A DNA stretch of 54,462 nt from an uncultured archaeon (GCA_964583985.1 CAZOYD010000019.1:1-54462); one strand, 5' to 3'. Shown: positions 39,570-51,253, counted from the stretch's first letter. The notes: a model not told the origin generated them from the letters alone. A program made the numbers and translations.

Positions 39570-41447
39570 TTGTCGAAACTTGTGTGGTTTTTAACGGTTA
39601 GTCAAAATTTTAATCTGATGATTATAATATTTTTTATTTTGAGTTTAATTTGTTTGATAAATAGTATTATTTATTGGTTTTATAAAAAAAGAGGATATTC
39701 ATTAACGATCTATTCCATCTGCTTAATTTTAAATTTCATATTAACTCTTGGGTTCTTTGTTTGTAATTTATACTTTTTTATCAAGACAAACCCTGCTGAT
39801 ATCTTCATTAAATTTAATGATATTGTTGGTTTTATCTTTGTCTTTAATATATCTGTAATATGTTTAGGAATATCAATTATTATTTTTTTATTAAGTTTAT
39901 TAAAATCTTCGAAATTTATCTTGGATTTGAATTTCCCTTCATTTATACAAGCAAAACAAGGAAATATTAAAATAGGTCGTGTTGTTAGACAAAAAGGTTT
40001 AAAATATTTCTATCATTTATCAATAAAAGACTTAGAAAAGCACGTTTTTGTTTGTGGTTCAACTGGAACAGGAAAAAGTAACTTTTTACAATATTTTTTA
40101 ATTAACTTCAAAAAAAATTTTAATGTACCCTTTTTTCTTGTTGAATTTAAGGGAGAGTATCATTTTTTGCAAAAAATGATTGAGGATTTGGTTGTTTTAT
40201 GGCCAGGAGAGAATTTTTCAATTAATATTTTTGATCCTGATGGAGTAGATCCCTTGATTCATGCAGAGAGAATTTTTGATATTTTTAAAAGCGGAAAATT
40301 TCTAGACGAAAGTTCAGAGTATTCACCACAAATGGAAAAGGTATTAATCGAAATATTATCAATAACATGTGAAGATAAAAAATATCAGAGTTGGCAGGGA
40401 TTTGAGAGGTGTTGTCAGATTTATCTTGATGAAAATCAGAAATCCATTCCTATGTTGAAACAAACATTAATCAGTGTAAATAACAGAGTAAGAAGATTTT
40501 CCCAAGGACCGTTAAAAGCTCTATTCGAACCAAATGATAACATATCACTTAATTTTTTATTTAGGATGAATGTTATCTTAGATTTGAGTTCGATAATCCG
40601 TTTAGGCGGAGAAAAAGAGGATGCACTTTTTTTTTTAAATATGATTCTTAAATATCTTTGGGATAAGAATTTAGCAAAGGGGGCCAGTGATTATGAAGGA
40701 ATTAAACATCTAACTATTATTGAAGATGCTCAGTATTTTGCTCCACAGGGATTAATTAAAAAATCAAAATTAACTTCTTATTTAGAAGATATAGCACTTT
40801 TGCAAAGAGGGACTGGGGAATGTTTAATTACTTTAGCTACTCGTCCAGATATAAGTAAAGAAATCCTTGCTAATAATGGAATTGTATTGACTTTTAAAAA
40901 TCATATTGAAAAGGAAATAATGTGTGAACTCTTAAATTTAGATATAGAAAAAAAAAACTATTTATCCGCATTAGATGAAGGAACATGTATTATTCGTGTT
41001 AATTCATTAAAAGATCCTTTCATTTTGCATATCCCATTGATTAAACGTGAAAATCTAACCGTATTTGAAATCAAGAAGGAAAATCAGCAAGCTATAAAAA
41101 AAATTAAGAATGCTTTTTTAAATGAAGTTAATGAAAATCAAGATAATAAATTAAACGAGGAAAATTTAAATTATTTTGGGAAAATTTTATCTAAATTAAA
41201 ATCAGCAATTGATATTCTCCAAAAACTAATAAAAAAAAAAACCCATGAAAAAATCAAAAATGTAAATAAAAATAGTAGAATTTTTAAAACTACAGATATA
41301 AAAGATTCGAAGGCTTTAGAAGGTTTCAAAGAATTAATTATTAAATTATATGAGTCAGAGGAAAAGAAAAAATTTTTAGACACGCGAAACCTATTACATA
41401 ATAATGACAATTATAATAGGCATCGTTGGAAAACCAAGTGCGGGTAA
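39570..41447 (+). CDS. HerA/FtsK-like (DUF87) ATPase with N-terminal TM helices
   Basis: Three hydrophobic segments, KHVFVCGSTGTGKS, IIEDAQ, ATRP, IL.N. Confidence 0.8.
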   Translation: MSKLVWFLTVSQNFNLMIIIFFILSLICLINSIIYWFYKKRGYSLTIYSICLILNFILTLGFFVCNLYFFIKTNPADIFIKFNDIVGFIFVFNISVICLGISIIIFLLSLLKSSKFILDLNFPSFIQAKQGNIKIGRVVRQKGLKYFYHLSIKDLEKHVFVCGSTGTGKSNFLQYFLINFKKNFNVPFFLVEFKGEYHFLQKMIEDLVVLWPGENFSINIFDPDGVDPLIHAERIFDIFKSGKFLDESSEYSPQMEKVLIEILSITCEDKKYQSWQGFERCCQIYLDENQKSIPMLKQTLISVNNRVRRFSQGPLKALFEPNDNISLNFLFRMNVILDLSSIIRLGGEKEDALFFLNMILKYLWDKNLAKGASDYEGIKHLTIIEDAQYFAPQGLIKKSKLTSYLEDIALLQRGTGECLITLATRPDISKEILANNGIVLTFKNHIEKEIMCELLNLDIEKKNYLSALDEGTCIIRVNSLKDPFILHIPLIKRENLTVFEIKKENQQAIKKIKNAFLNEVNENQDNKLNEENLNYFGKILSKLKSAIDILQKLIKKKTHEKIKNVNKNSRIFKTTDIKDSKALEGFKELIIKLYESEEKKKFLDTRNLLHNNDNYNRHRWKTKCG

Positions 41448-42615
41448 ATCCACTTTTTTAAATGCGGCTTGTTTAACTAATGCTAAAGTGAGTGAGATTC
41501 CTTTTACAACGATTAATCCAAATAATGGTGTAGCCTATGTTAGAGTCAATTGTGTTTGTAAGGAGTTAAATCTGATTGATAATCCACAAAATTCAAAGTG
41601 TATCGAAGGAAATCGTTTTATTCCTATCAATCTGATGGATGTTGCAGGACTTGTACCTGATGCACATAAGGGAAAAGGGTTAGGTAATCGCTTTTTGAAT
41701 GATTTAAGTAAAGCTGATGTGCTAATTCACATATTAGATGTCACAGGATCTTTAGATAAGATGGGGAAAAGAACTAATGACGGATTTAATGATCCATATG
41801 AAGATATTATCTTTTTAGAATCTGAAATAAATTTATGGTTCAAACAAATTTTGGAGAGGGAAGATTGGAATAAATTCGTAAAATCTGTTGCTCGAGAAAA
41901 AGGAAAATTCATAAATGAACTATATAATCGATTATCAGGAATAAAAATTAGAAAGTCGGACATAAAAAAGGCACTTAATAATTCAAATTTAGAAGATATA
42001 AGTCCATCATCTTGGTCTGAAGATAATTTACTTCTTTTTGCAAAAGAATTAAGAGAGATATCAAAACCAATTTTAATCGTAGCAAATAAAATTGATAAGA
42101 GCAATGGAAGAGAAAGATTTAATGAATTAAAAAAAAAGTATGACGGTCCTATATTTCCTTGTAGCGCTCTTGCAGAACATGTATTAAGAAAATTCGAGGA
42201 AAAAGGTATCTTGAGTTATATTCCAGGATCCAATAATTTTCAAATAAATCAAAAAGAAAAACTTTCTCAAAAAGAACAAGAAATATTAAATAATATAAAA
42301 GAAAAGATTCTAAATATCTATAACAGTACTGGTGTTCAAGATATTTTGAATTATGCCATATTTAATCTATCAAATCAAATTTATGTTTACCCCGTTTCTG
42401 ATTTGAATAATTATACAGATAATGATAATAATATTCTACCTGACGCGATATTAGTAAAGAATGGTACACATTTGAAAGATTTTGTACGGGATAAAATTCA
42501 TTCTGAATTAGCAGAACATTTTATGTTTGGTATTGATGCGAGAACTAAAAAACGAATAGGAGAAAACTACGTTCTTAAAAATAAGGATATTATTAAAATT
42601 GTAACTTCAAAATAA
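41404..42615 (+). CDS. ychF: YchF/OLA1-related archaeal translation-associated GTPase
   Basis: GKPSAGKST, PFTTI.PN, DVAGLVP.AH.G.GLGN.FL, ANKID, TGS-like C-terminus. Confidence 0.92.
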   Translation: MTIIIGIVGKPSAGKSTFLNAACLTNAKVSEIPFTTINPNNGVAYVRVNCVCKELNLIDNPQNSKCIEGNRFIPINLMDVAGLVPDAHKGKGLGNRFLNDLSKADVLIHILDVTGSLDKMGKRTNDGFNDPYEDIIFLESEINLWFKQILEREDWNKFVKSVAREKGKFINELYNRLSGIKIRKSDIKKALNNSNLEDISPSSWSEDNLLLFAKELREISKPILIVANKIDKSNGRERFNELKKKYDGPIFPCSALAEHVLRKFEEKGILSYIPGSNNFQINQKEKLSQKEQEILNNIKEKILNIYNSTGVQDILNYAIFNLSNQIYVYPVSDLNNYTDNDNNILPDAILVKNGTHLKDFVRDKIHSELAEHFMFGIDARTKKRIGENYVLKNKDIIKIVTSK

Positions 42616-42618
42616 GAT

Positions 42619-42768
42619 TTATTCTTCTCTAGAAGTTGTTAAAATGTAAGCTAATATTATAGACATCAAAATAACTCCTATGAGAACAATGAGGAAATTG
42701 AAAGTATCTTGCTCTGAAGTTTGAAAAATAAATAGTAAGATTAATGTGATAAAGCTGTAACTTTTCAT
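42619..42768 (-). CDS. Putative small membrane protein (49 aa)
   Basis: Manual translation MKSYSFITLILLFIFQTSEQDTFNFLIVLIGVILMSIILAYILTTSREE; SD-like AGGAATGA upstream. Confidence 0.5.
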   Translation of the reverse strand: MKSYSFITLILLFIFQTSEQDTFNFLIVLIGVILMSIILAYILTTSREE

Positions 42769-42885
42769 AAATATCATTCCTAAGAGATGATGAGTAATTA
42801 AAGTGTTCTTATTTTAAATAATTTTCAGTTATAGGATTAAAAAATTTATTATCGCTTTTTTAACGAACTATTTAGAAATTTTAAG

Positions 42886-42986
42886 TGGACCTGACGGGAA
42901 TTGAACCCGTGACCTCTTGAGTGCAAGTTTCGCCTATTAAGTTATACACTTAAGAATCAAGCGATCTGCTACTGATCTACAGGCCC
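42886..42986 (-). tRNA. tRNA-Ala (TGC) with an intron at about 30/31 (42929-42957)
   Basis: GGGCCTG/CAGGTCC with G3:U70, TGC at 42923-42925, CGCT/GGCG BHB helix. Confidence 0.9.
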
Positions 42987-43114
42987 CATAATTTATTCAA
43001 ATTGATTAAATAAGTGATAAATTCATTATAAAATTTATTGCCTTTCTAAAATTTAAGATAATGATTGAAAGAAAAAGAAGGTAAATTATGAACATCTGTA
43101 AATTAAATAATAAA

Positions 43115-44605
<1,491 letters not shown>

Positions 44606-44945
44606 AAAATTGGAATCTGTCACAAACGGCTTTAAAACTTTTAAAAATTATTACATTATTTTTTTTGGGAGTTATTAATTATTCTTTCTTCAGTTATAAT
44701 CTTTAAAATTATAACTACATTTTTTATATCACATCAATGACGCAACTCTTCATTTAACGGAACTTTGCCGTAATCCAAGCTCACACCGGTAATGATGTGA
44801 TTCGTTATATTTCTATAAAGAAGAGATTCATTTTAAATTTTGCCATTTTTTCGCAGTATAGGGTTTTAGTTTTTAATTTTCGTAGTTTAAAAACTTACTT
44901 AATAAATCAGTATTACAAATTTAATGATTGAACAGGAAGATAAAA

Positions 44946-45947
44946 ATGGAATTAAAAGAAAAGATATGTATTCACTTAGATCAAATTAAGCAACTTAAAG
45001 GTGTTGAAAATGCTGTTCTGACTCAACGAGATGGTAATCCCATTCAATCAGCAGGTGTCTGGTTTTCTAAAGATGAAATTTTTAATGTTAGTTCTGCCGC
45101 AAGTGCTATTTTCAATGTAGGAATTCACCTCCATCCTAATGATCTGAAATATATATTGATAGAAGGTAAAAAAGCAAAGATATTGATTGCTCCCTTAAAT
45201 AGTCCATTACACCATTCATTGAACAAAATATTAGAACAACAAGGTATATTTGATAACAAACATGAATATTTCATCGCTATTACAGCTCAACCTAATACAA
45301 ATCTTGGAGGAATTTTTTTACAAACTAATGAATGTTTGAAAAAAATTAAGACCACTCTTATAACCTCAGGAGAATCATTTAAACCACCTTTAGTACAATT
45401 TAATGAAGAGAAAATTCAAGATATTATTCGTGGTTTTGATGTTAAAGAAAATGCAGGTTTTGATATGCAAGTCAACTCCTTTTCACTTAGCTTATCTGAA
45501 TACATCTCTGTAGAGTTAAGAAAAATACTTAATAACTTTTCAGTTGCTGTTCCTGATATGTCACATGCTTATATCACACTTGAAGGAGGATTCATCGCAT
45601 CACAGATTTTAAATAGAAGAAATCTGTTTTATAATAATTTAGATAATATTTCTGCAATGAGCTATTCGTTATTTCAAACAGCAAATCGTTGTGCGTGGCT
45701 CTTAAAGAAGATGAATGCCGAAACAATCTTATTAGATTGTGAAAATACTTTTCAATTCATCTATGGTCTTGGAAACGCAATTTTTAGCACTGAAATTGGG
45801 AAAGCAAGACAAAAATTAGGTTTAATTAGATTGATACTCCCACAATTCTCAAAAAAAATCAGTTATCTCATTAAGGAAGCTTCTCAAATTCAAGATCATA
45901 AATCATTCGATATTAAATCATTATTAGGAGAGCTGGTAATTAAGTAA
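44946..45947 (+). CDS. Tandem roadblock/LC7 (MglB-like) domain protein
   Basis: GVENAVLTQRDGNPI...VSSAASAI...ILIEG; second repeat AYITLEGGFIAS...ISAMSYSL. Confidence 0.8.
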   Translation: MELKEKICIHLDQIKQLKGVENAVLTQRDGNPIQSAGVWFSKDEIFNVSSAASAIFNVGIHLHPNDLKYILIEGKKAKILIAPLNSPLHHSLNKILEQQGIFDNKHEYFIAITAQPNTNLGGIFLQTNECLKKIKTTLITSGESFKPPLVQFNEEKIQDIIRGFDVKENAGFDMQVNSFSLSLSEYISVELRKILNNFSVAVPDMSHAYITLEGGFIASQILNRRNLFYNNLDNISAMSYSLFQTANRCAWLLKKMNAETILLDCENTFQFIYGLGNAIFSTEIGKARQKLGLIRLILPQFSKKISYLIKEASQIQDHKSFDIKSLLGELVIK

Positions 45948-45961
45948 AACAAGGTGACTAT

Positions 45962-46858
45962 ATGGATTTTTTTAATGTGTTAGAAGATTTAAAGAAATCA
46001 GATTCATCATTAATTTTTTATTGTTTATTGAATCGAATTCCTATAATTATAACTGGAGAGGATTCAGAAATAATCGATAATTATTTAATCGATCTATCGG
46101 AATTGATGCATTTTCGAAAAGAGATTGTTTTTTATACTGATTTTATTTCAAATTCAGAATATCAGGAGCTTTTACAAAATGAAGCAATTGATTATAACTC
46201 TCAAAGGACTCAAATAAGGTCTTCTTGCGATGTATCTGGTAAATCTTTGATAGAAATTGATCAATTTAATTCATGGATCATAGGTTTTGAACTTGAAAAT
46301 AATAAGCTTAAACTCGAGAATTTTATAAAATTTATAAAAGAAAAAGTAAATGTTTTCTTGAATATTATGATTTACTCAAAATCCATATCAATAATTACGA
46401 TAGGATTAGATTTAAAACAATTAGATCTTACATTTGAGCAAAATATATTACAAAAAATTTCTCGAGACACGGAAAAATCTATAGTAAAAATGAAAAGAGT
46501 TCTTTTAGAGAAAACTAAACCTGAGAAACTTGATAAAGACCTTATAAAAACTTTACTCGACTTTGAGGTTGAAAAGAAAGAATTAAAGAAAAATATTTTA
46601 AAAAATGAAATACAAAAATTCTATTCCGGTTCTAAGAGAGCCTTTTTTATCTTATCAAAACTTAATTTATTAAATAGTTTTGAGATGAATGTGCGAATAG
46701 GAAGCAAATCGCTACTAGAAATAATTGATTATGATGAAGCTTCAATCGGAAGAATGGTTTCTTTTATAGAAAAGGAATGGGGAGAGGATTTTTCAGATTT
46801 ATTTGAAAATGGAAAAAAAGTTAATGCATTAGATAGTATGCAATCATTGTGGGGTTAG
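45962..46858 (+). CDS. Hypothetical protein, DENN-core-like
   Basis: IFYCLLNRIPIIITGED..I...L..L..L and SWIIGF resemble cDENN motifs; lies between roadblock and GTPase genes. Confidence 0.5.
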   Translation: MDFFNVLEDLKKSDSSLIFYCLLNRIPIIITGEDSEIIDNYLIDLSELMHFRKEIVFYTDFISNSEYQELLQNEAIDYNSQRTQIRSSCDVSGKSLIEIDQFNSWIIGFELENNKLKLENFIKFIKEKVNVFLNIMIYSKSISIITIGLDLKQLDLTFEQNILQKISRDTEKSIVKMKRVLLEKTKPEKLDKDLIKTLLDFEVEKKELKKNILKNEIQKFYSGSKRAFFILSKLNLLNSFEMNVRIGSKSLLEIIDYDEASIGRMVSFIEKEWGEDFSDLFENGKKVNALDSMQSLWG

Positions 46859-46866
46859 TGATAAAA

Positions 46867-47457
46867 ATGATATATGACTTTGAAAATAAGACATTACAAG
46901 TAAAAATTGTTTATTATGGTCCAGCGATGTCAGGCAAAACCACGACTATTAAACATTTATTTTCACATTTTAGTAGAGAGAATGAATTAGAATCGATTGA
47001 TAGCTCAGTTGGGAGAACGCTATTTTTTGATTTTGGAGTTTTAAATTTTCGAGGGGCTGAATGGGGATTAAAATTTTTAATTTATTCTGCTACGGGCCAA
47101 GATTTCTATGCTAGTACTCGCCCAGCAACACTTAATGGAGTTGATGGGATAATATTTGTTGTTGATTCTCGAACGATTTGTTTAAAGCATAACCTAAGAT
47201 CATGGAAAGAATTAAATACTATGCTTGGTTCGGAGTTTTTCAATATACCGATGGTAATATCCATGAATAAATATGATATAAATGATGATATTATTATGAA
47301 TGAAACCGATTTTAAAGATCATATAGATATCGACGCGTTTAAAAATGTGTCCGTTCAAAAAACAGCGGCTATTAGGGGATACGGGATAATTGAATCATTT
47401 AATCAAATGATTAAATTTATTTTTCCTCAATTGACCTTAAATATGAACACAAATTAA
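46867..47457 (+). CDS. MglA-like small GTPase
   Basis: KIVYYGPAMSGKTT, RTLFFDF, Y.ATGQ.FY..TR, GVDGIIFVVDS, NKYD. Confidence 0.9.
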   Translation: MIYDFENKTLQVKIVYYGPAMSGKTTTIKHLFSHFSRENELESIDSSVGRTLFFDFGVLNFRGAEWGLKFLIYSATGQDFYASTRPATLNGVDGIIFVVDSRTICLKHNLRSWKELNTMLGSEFFNIPMVISMNKYDINDDIIMNETDFKDHIDIDAFKNVSVQKTAAIRGYGIIESFNQMIKFIFPQLTLNMNTN

Positions 47458-47458
47458 A

Positions 47459-47641
47459 TTATTTTTCAATTTTTTGGTACATATTTTTAGAAATTCGTTT
47501 TATATAACCTTGTTTATAAAATTGCTTTAATAAATTCCTTACTTTCCGAACTTCTTGCGCATCGATTCCTAGAGCATCCATTAATTGGAAAATCGAAAAT
47601 TGGTTAGTTAATTCATTCTTGACGGTATTATAAGTTCCCAA
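47459..47641 (-). CDS. Small winged-helix-like protein
   Basis: FSIFQLMDALG...VRNLLKQFYKQGYIKRISKNMY. Confidence 0.65.
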   Translation of the reverse strand: MGTYNTVKNELTNQFSIFQLMDALGIDAQEVRKVRNLLKQFYKQGYIKRISKNMYQKIEK

Positions 47642-47924
47642 TATGTTTCCCTTTTTAACATATATTAAAAGTATTAAGAATAATGTTATAAAATATAAAT
47701 AAATTTTTAAAATTTGAAAAAGTATATTAAGAAAACTTTAATGGTTTTTATAATCCTCAAAGTAACTATAATTTATCATTCCTACGTTTTAGGTCATCTA
47801 ATTATACAGTTTTCATTGGATTTTTACAACCTAAGGGAATTCCTCAAATAAAATTATATTACTAATTTAAAAAGCTAAATATATTTTTCTATCTGTCATT
47901 TTACCCTATTTAGCAGAAATTATA

Positions 47925-48680
47925 TCAAAACTTAGGGCTCTCTTTCCTAAAACTATCTCCTATAGGTGCTTTTCCATCTCCATATATTTGATATAGCCCG
48001 ATTCTCCTTGCACATTCACTAAAACTGCGATAAACCTCTCTTTGTTTATCATATAATGCACAAGATTTATATATTATCGGATTCCATGTAGATAATTCAT
48101 GATCTGGATTGTACCATAACTTTTCTTCCTTTAATATTTGCTTAAAATCTTCTTCTCCAATTACTTCGTTTAAATCCTGTTTATTTAACATTATAACGAG
48201 AGGAATTTGTTTAATTAATCTGCACTCTGGAGATTTTCTTCCCCCGTATTGCGAAACTCCAGATAATTTCTGATCATTTAGCTCCTTTTCTTCTACGAAT
48301 GTGGTAACTTTTTTCAATTCTTTAAGTGATTCAATATTGTCTTCAAAAAAGTGAGTTTGAGAATCAACAACGAATATCACTCCATCAGTTCCTTTAAAAA
48401 TTCGTTCTCTCAAAGGGGAAAATCGACTTTGTCCGGCTACAGTATATACATGATAAAAAACCTTGTTTTGTTTAGTAGATTGAAAAAATCCTCGATCAAA
48501 ATATAATGTAGAACCACTAGCCATACAAATTTTTTTTAATTCTGCAACAGGAGTTATATCTTTATCTTGTTCTCTTGTGAGTCTATATAATGTATCTACG
48601 ATTGTTGTTTTCCCTGATCCTCCCATACCCCAGTAGAGGATTTTAATGTATATCTTATGATCTGGCAGAAATCTAACCAT
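47925..48680 (-). CDS. MglA/Arf-like small GTPase with an internal insertion
   Basis: KILYWGMGGSGKTT, TLYFD, YTVAGQ, GTDGVIFVVDS, NKQD, SCA. Confidence 0.88.
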   Translation of the reverse strand: MVRFLPDHKIYIKILYWGMGGSGKTTIVDTLYRLTREQDKDITPVAELKKICMASGSTLYFDRGFFQSTKQNKVFYHVYTVAGQSRFSPLRERIFKGTDGVIFVVDSQTHFFEDNIESLKELKKVTTFVEEKELNDQKLSGVSQYGGRKSPECRLIKQIPLVIMLNKQDLNEVIGEEDFKQILKEEKLWYNPDHELSTWNPIIYKSCALYDKQREVYRSFSECARRIGLYQIYGDGKAPIGDSFRKESPKF

Positions 48681-48983
48681 TAAAGCGCCTCTCTTAAATA
48701 ATATTTTATTAATTAAATAACCTAATATTAGATTTTTAAAATCAAAATAAATCTTTAATAATAAGTTCCTTTAAACTATATCATTTGATATTATTAAATA
48801 ATAATAGAATTAAACATTTATAACTCTTTTTTAGAAAACTCTGTTCATTAATTAATTGGAAAAGAACTTTTTATTTCTTTCTTTAAGATATTACACGCGA
48901 ACAATTCGTTATCTAATAACCTTTTTAGAAGCGGTTTGAATAATTTAAAGAGTAGTTGATTTTTTAGGTTTCAATTCCTTTCC

Positions 48984-49220
48984 TTAGAAGTTGACTAAAT
49001 AATTTCCCTTCCTAATATGATAATTACACCATATAATCAGTTGATTATACCTCTCTCCATAAAATTGTTCACGTATGATGACATTAATGATATCTGAATA
49101 CATAATTGGACGATTTTCATTAGTAATTTTCTTTAATTGGTTACATAATTCCTTTAATAGGTCTATATTTTTTCTTGGAATGTTTTCTATAAATTTTACT
49201 GTTTCAGAAATTCTTCTCAT
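48984..49220 (-). CDS. Small hypothetical protein
   Basis: 78-aa ORF with SD-like GGAGTTA upstream. Confidence 0.55.
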   Translation of the reverse strand: MRRISETVKFIENIPRKNIDLLKELCNQLKKITNENRPIMYSDIINVIIREQFYGERYNQLIIWCNYHIRKGNYLVNF

Positions 49221-49460
49221 AAAAGATTAACTCCATTCAAAAAATTCTATATTAAATTATTCATAATCAAAGATCTTTTAAGCTGAATAATATAAAGCCC
49301 ATTTTTTTTATTTTCAGCTAACCCTCTCTGATAGTGTAGAGATTTTCATTCCATTCATAAGTATTGTAGGTTCTCATATTTGAAACTTTGGTATGGATTA
49401 TTCAAATAAAAGTTTTTAATATTCGTTACTTCAAACCCTACAAATTTAAGGTGGTTAATT

Positions 49461-50501
49461 ATATTAAATGAAACTTTCAATCATAAAAATTTTAAAGAAT
49501 TATGTCCAGAATGCAATGGAAATATTATAAATAATAGTTATGAAATGATATGCAAAGAATGTGGATTGGTTTTAGAGAAATTGTTTAAGGAATCTTCCTA
49601 TATTTTTAACAATAGTGATGTAAAAAGTAATATAAATAAACAATTTGTAGCTTTAGGGAATAGAGCTGATTTTGTAGGAGGATTGGGAACATTTATAGAT
49701 TATGAGAATTCAAAATACCTTAAGGATAAATTTGGTAAATTACTACCTCCTCAAGAGCAAAAATTATACAGGAGACTTAAGAAAAATTATGCTCAGTTTC
49801 TAAGGATTAAAAACCATGAAACAGAATATAGAATTTTTAATATTTTAAATAAGATTGCACTATATCTTAATTTAAATAGAAATATTCGAAACAATGCAGC
49901 TTATTACTACAAGAAAATAATAAAAAACGAGGAAAAAATAATAAATAACATTTCATTAATTGCTTTTTGTATTTTTTATGCTGCTAGAAAAGAGCAACAT
50001 AACGCACCGTTAACGATTAATGAAATTTCTCATGCCTTTCAAAATTTTGGACATCGCGTTAATCCGAGGTTAATTTTAAGAGATGGTATAAAATATAAAA
50101 AATTTTTGAATAATTACACAATACCACATAAAAGCGAAGATTATTTAATAAGGTTAATTAATGAAATTAATAACCATAAAGATCTTGAAACACGTATCCG
50201 AAGTAAAGGAGTATGTTGGTCAAAAGAACAGTTTGAAAACCATTTAACAAATAAATGCCGAGAGGTGTTAAAAAAATTATCAGTTTGGCATCGTGGAGGT
50301 AGAAATCCATTCATTTTAGCAGGAGCAATTATATATTTAGCTGATAAACTTCTAGCAAGAGAATTCAATCAAAAAGCGATTTTAACACAAAAATTAATTT
50401 CAGAAGCGACCAACATAGCAGAATACTCGATAAGAGATCATTATGTTAATTTATTAAAACCAATTTTTATGAGCAGAGAAAAGCAATTTTCCTCCAATTG
50501 A
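49461..50501 (+). CDS. Divergent TFB/TFIIB paralog; predicted ATA (or ATT 49458) start
   Basis: CPECNG...ICKECGLV zinc ribbon, cyclin repeats, GRNP..LAGA.IY, LTQ..ISEA...EYSIR..Y. Confidence 0.85.
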   Translation: MLNETFNHKNFKELCPECNGNIINNSYEMICKECGLVLEKLFKESSYIFNNSDVKSNINKQFVALGNRADFVGGLGTFIDYENSKYLKDKFGKLLPPQEQKLYRRLKKNYAQFLRIKNHETEYRIFNILNKIALYLNLNRNIRNNAAYYYKKIIKNEEKIINNISLIAFCIFYAARKEQHNAPLTINEISHAFQNFGHRVNPRLILRDGIKYKKFLNNYTIPHKSEDYLIRLINEINNHKDLETRIRSKGVCWSKEQFENHLTNKCREVLKKLSVWHRGGRNPFILAGAIIYLADKLLAREFNQKAILTQKLISEATNIAEYSIRDHYVNLLKPIFMSREKQFSSN

Positions 50502-50724
50502 ATTTCTCTATTTTTAAATAACAATTTAAACAAAGTTATTTTATGAAATTAGGATTAAATTCGTAGTAGTATGAGTTTAAATAAATTCTTTGGAGTTGAT
50601 ATCTTGATATGCTCCTCAAAATTAAAGAAAAAATTTGAAAGTCCTAAAATCGTTATTTTATTAAAATTTAATAAATTATTAAAATAATTATCAAAAAATA
50701 TACTATGATTTAACTATTTGAATG

Positions 50725-50831
50725 GCTTCCGTAGTGTAGTCCGGTCAATATTATCCTTAAACTTCTTTCGGAAAGACTAAGCATGCGAGGTTCTCACCCT
50801 CGTGACCCGGGTTCGAATCCCGGCGGAAGCA
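50725..50831 (+). tRNA. tRNA-Glu (CTC) with an intron at 21/22 (50749-50780)
   Basis: GCTTCCG/CGGAAGC acceptor, CTC at 50793-50795, GGTC/GACT BHB helix. Confidence 0.92.
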
Positions 50832-50866
50832 TTAAGACTAATCCTTATTCATTAATCAATAATTTT

Positions 50867-51253
50867 TTAAATCCTTTCATAAATATCCAAAAGTTTTTGT
50901 AATATATTTAAATAGGGATCGATATTTATCATCGGATTTTCAATTTTTATGATTTCAGAAATTTCTTGTATTTTTAAGGAAATAATTTTTTTTAGATTAA
51001 AAAAGGTTATATTATCAATTGTTCTATCTAAATCAATATTTTCATTCTTGGATTTGTTGTCTAAATTTATTGATTCATTCAAAACTTTATCATCATCAAA
51101 TATTACGGGTCTATCACATATTGGACAAAACATTTCACCATTTTTTTTTTTAAAAATAGGATTATTGCATACAGGACATGATAAATTAAGCATTTTATGA
51201 CCCAATCTCAATAGGTTTGCCATTTTTTTTGTATCTTGTTGAATATTTCTCAC
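50867..51253 (-). CDS. SSSCA1/autoantigen p27-family zinc-ribbon protein
   Basis: KMANLLRLGHKML..SCPVC..P.F....G..FCPIC. Confidence 0.88.
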   Translation of the reverse strand: MRNIQQDTKKMANLLRLGHKMLNLSCPVCNNPIFKKKNGEMFCPICDRPVIFDDDKVLNESINLDNKSKNENIDLDRTIDNITFFNLKKIISLKIQEISEIIKIENPMINIDPYLNILQKLLDIYERI

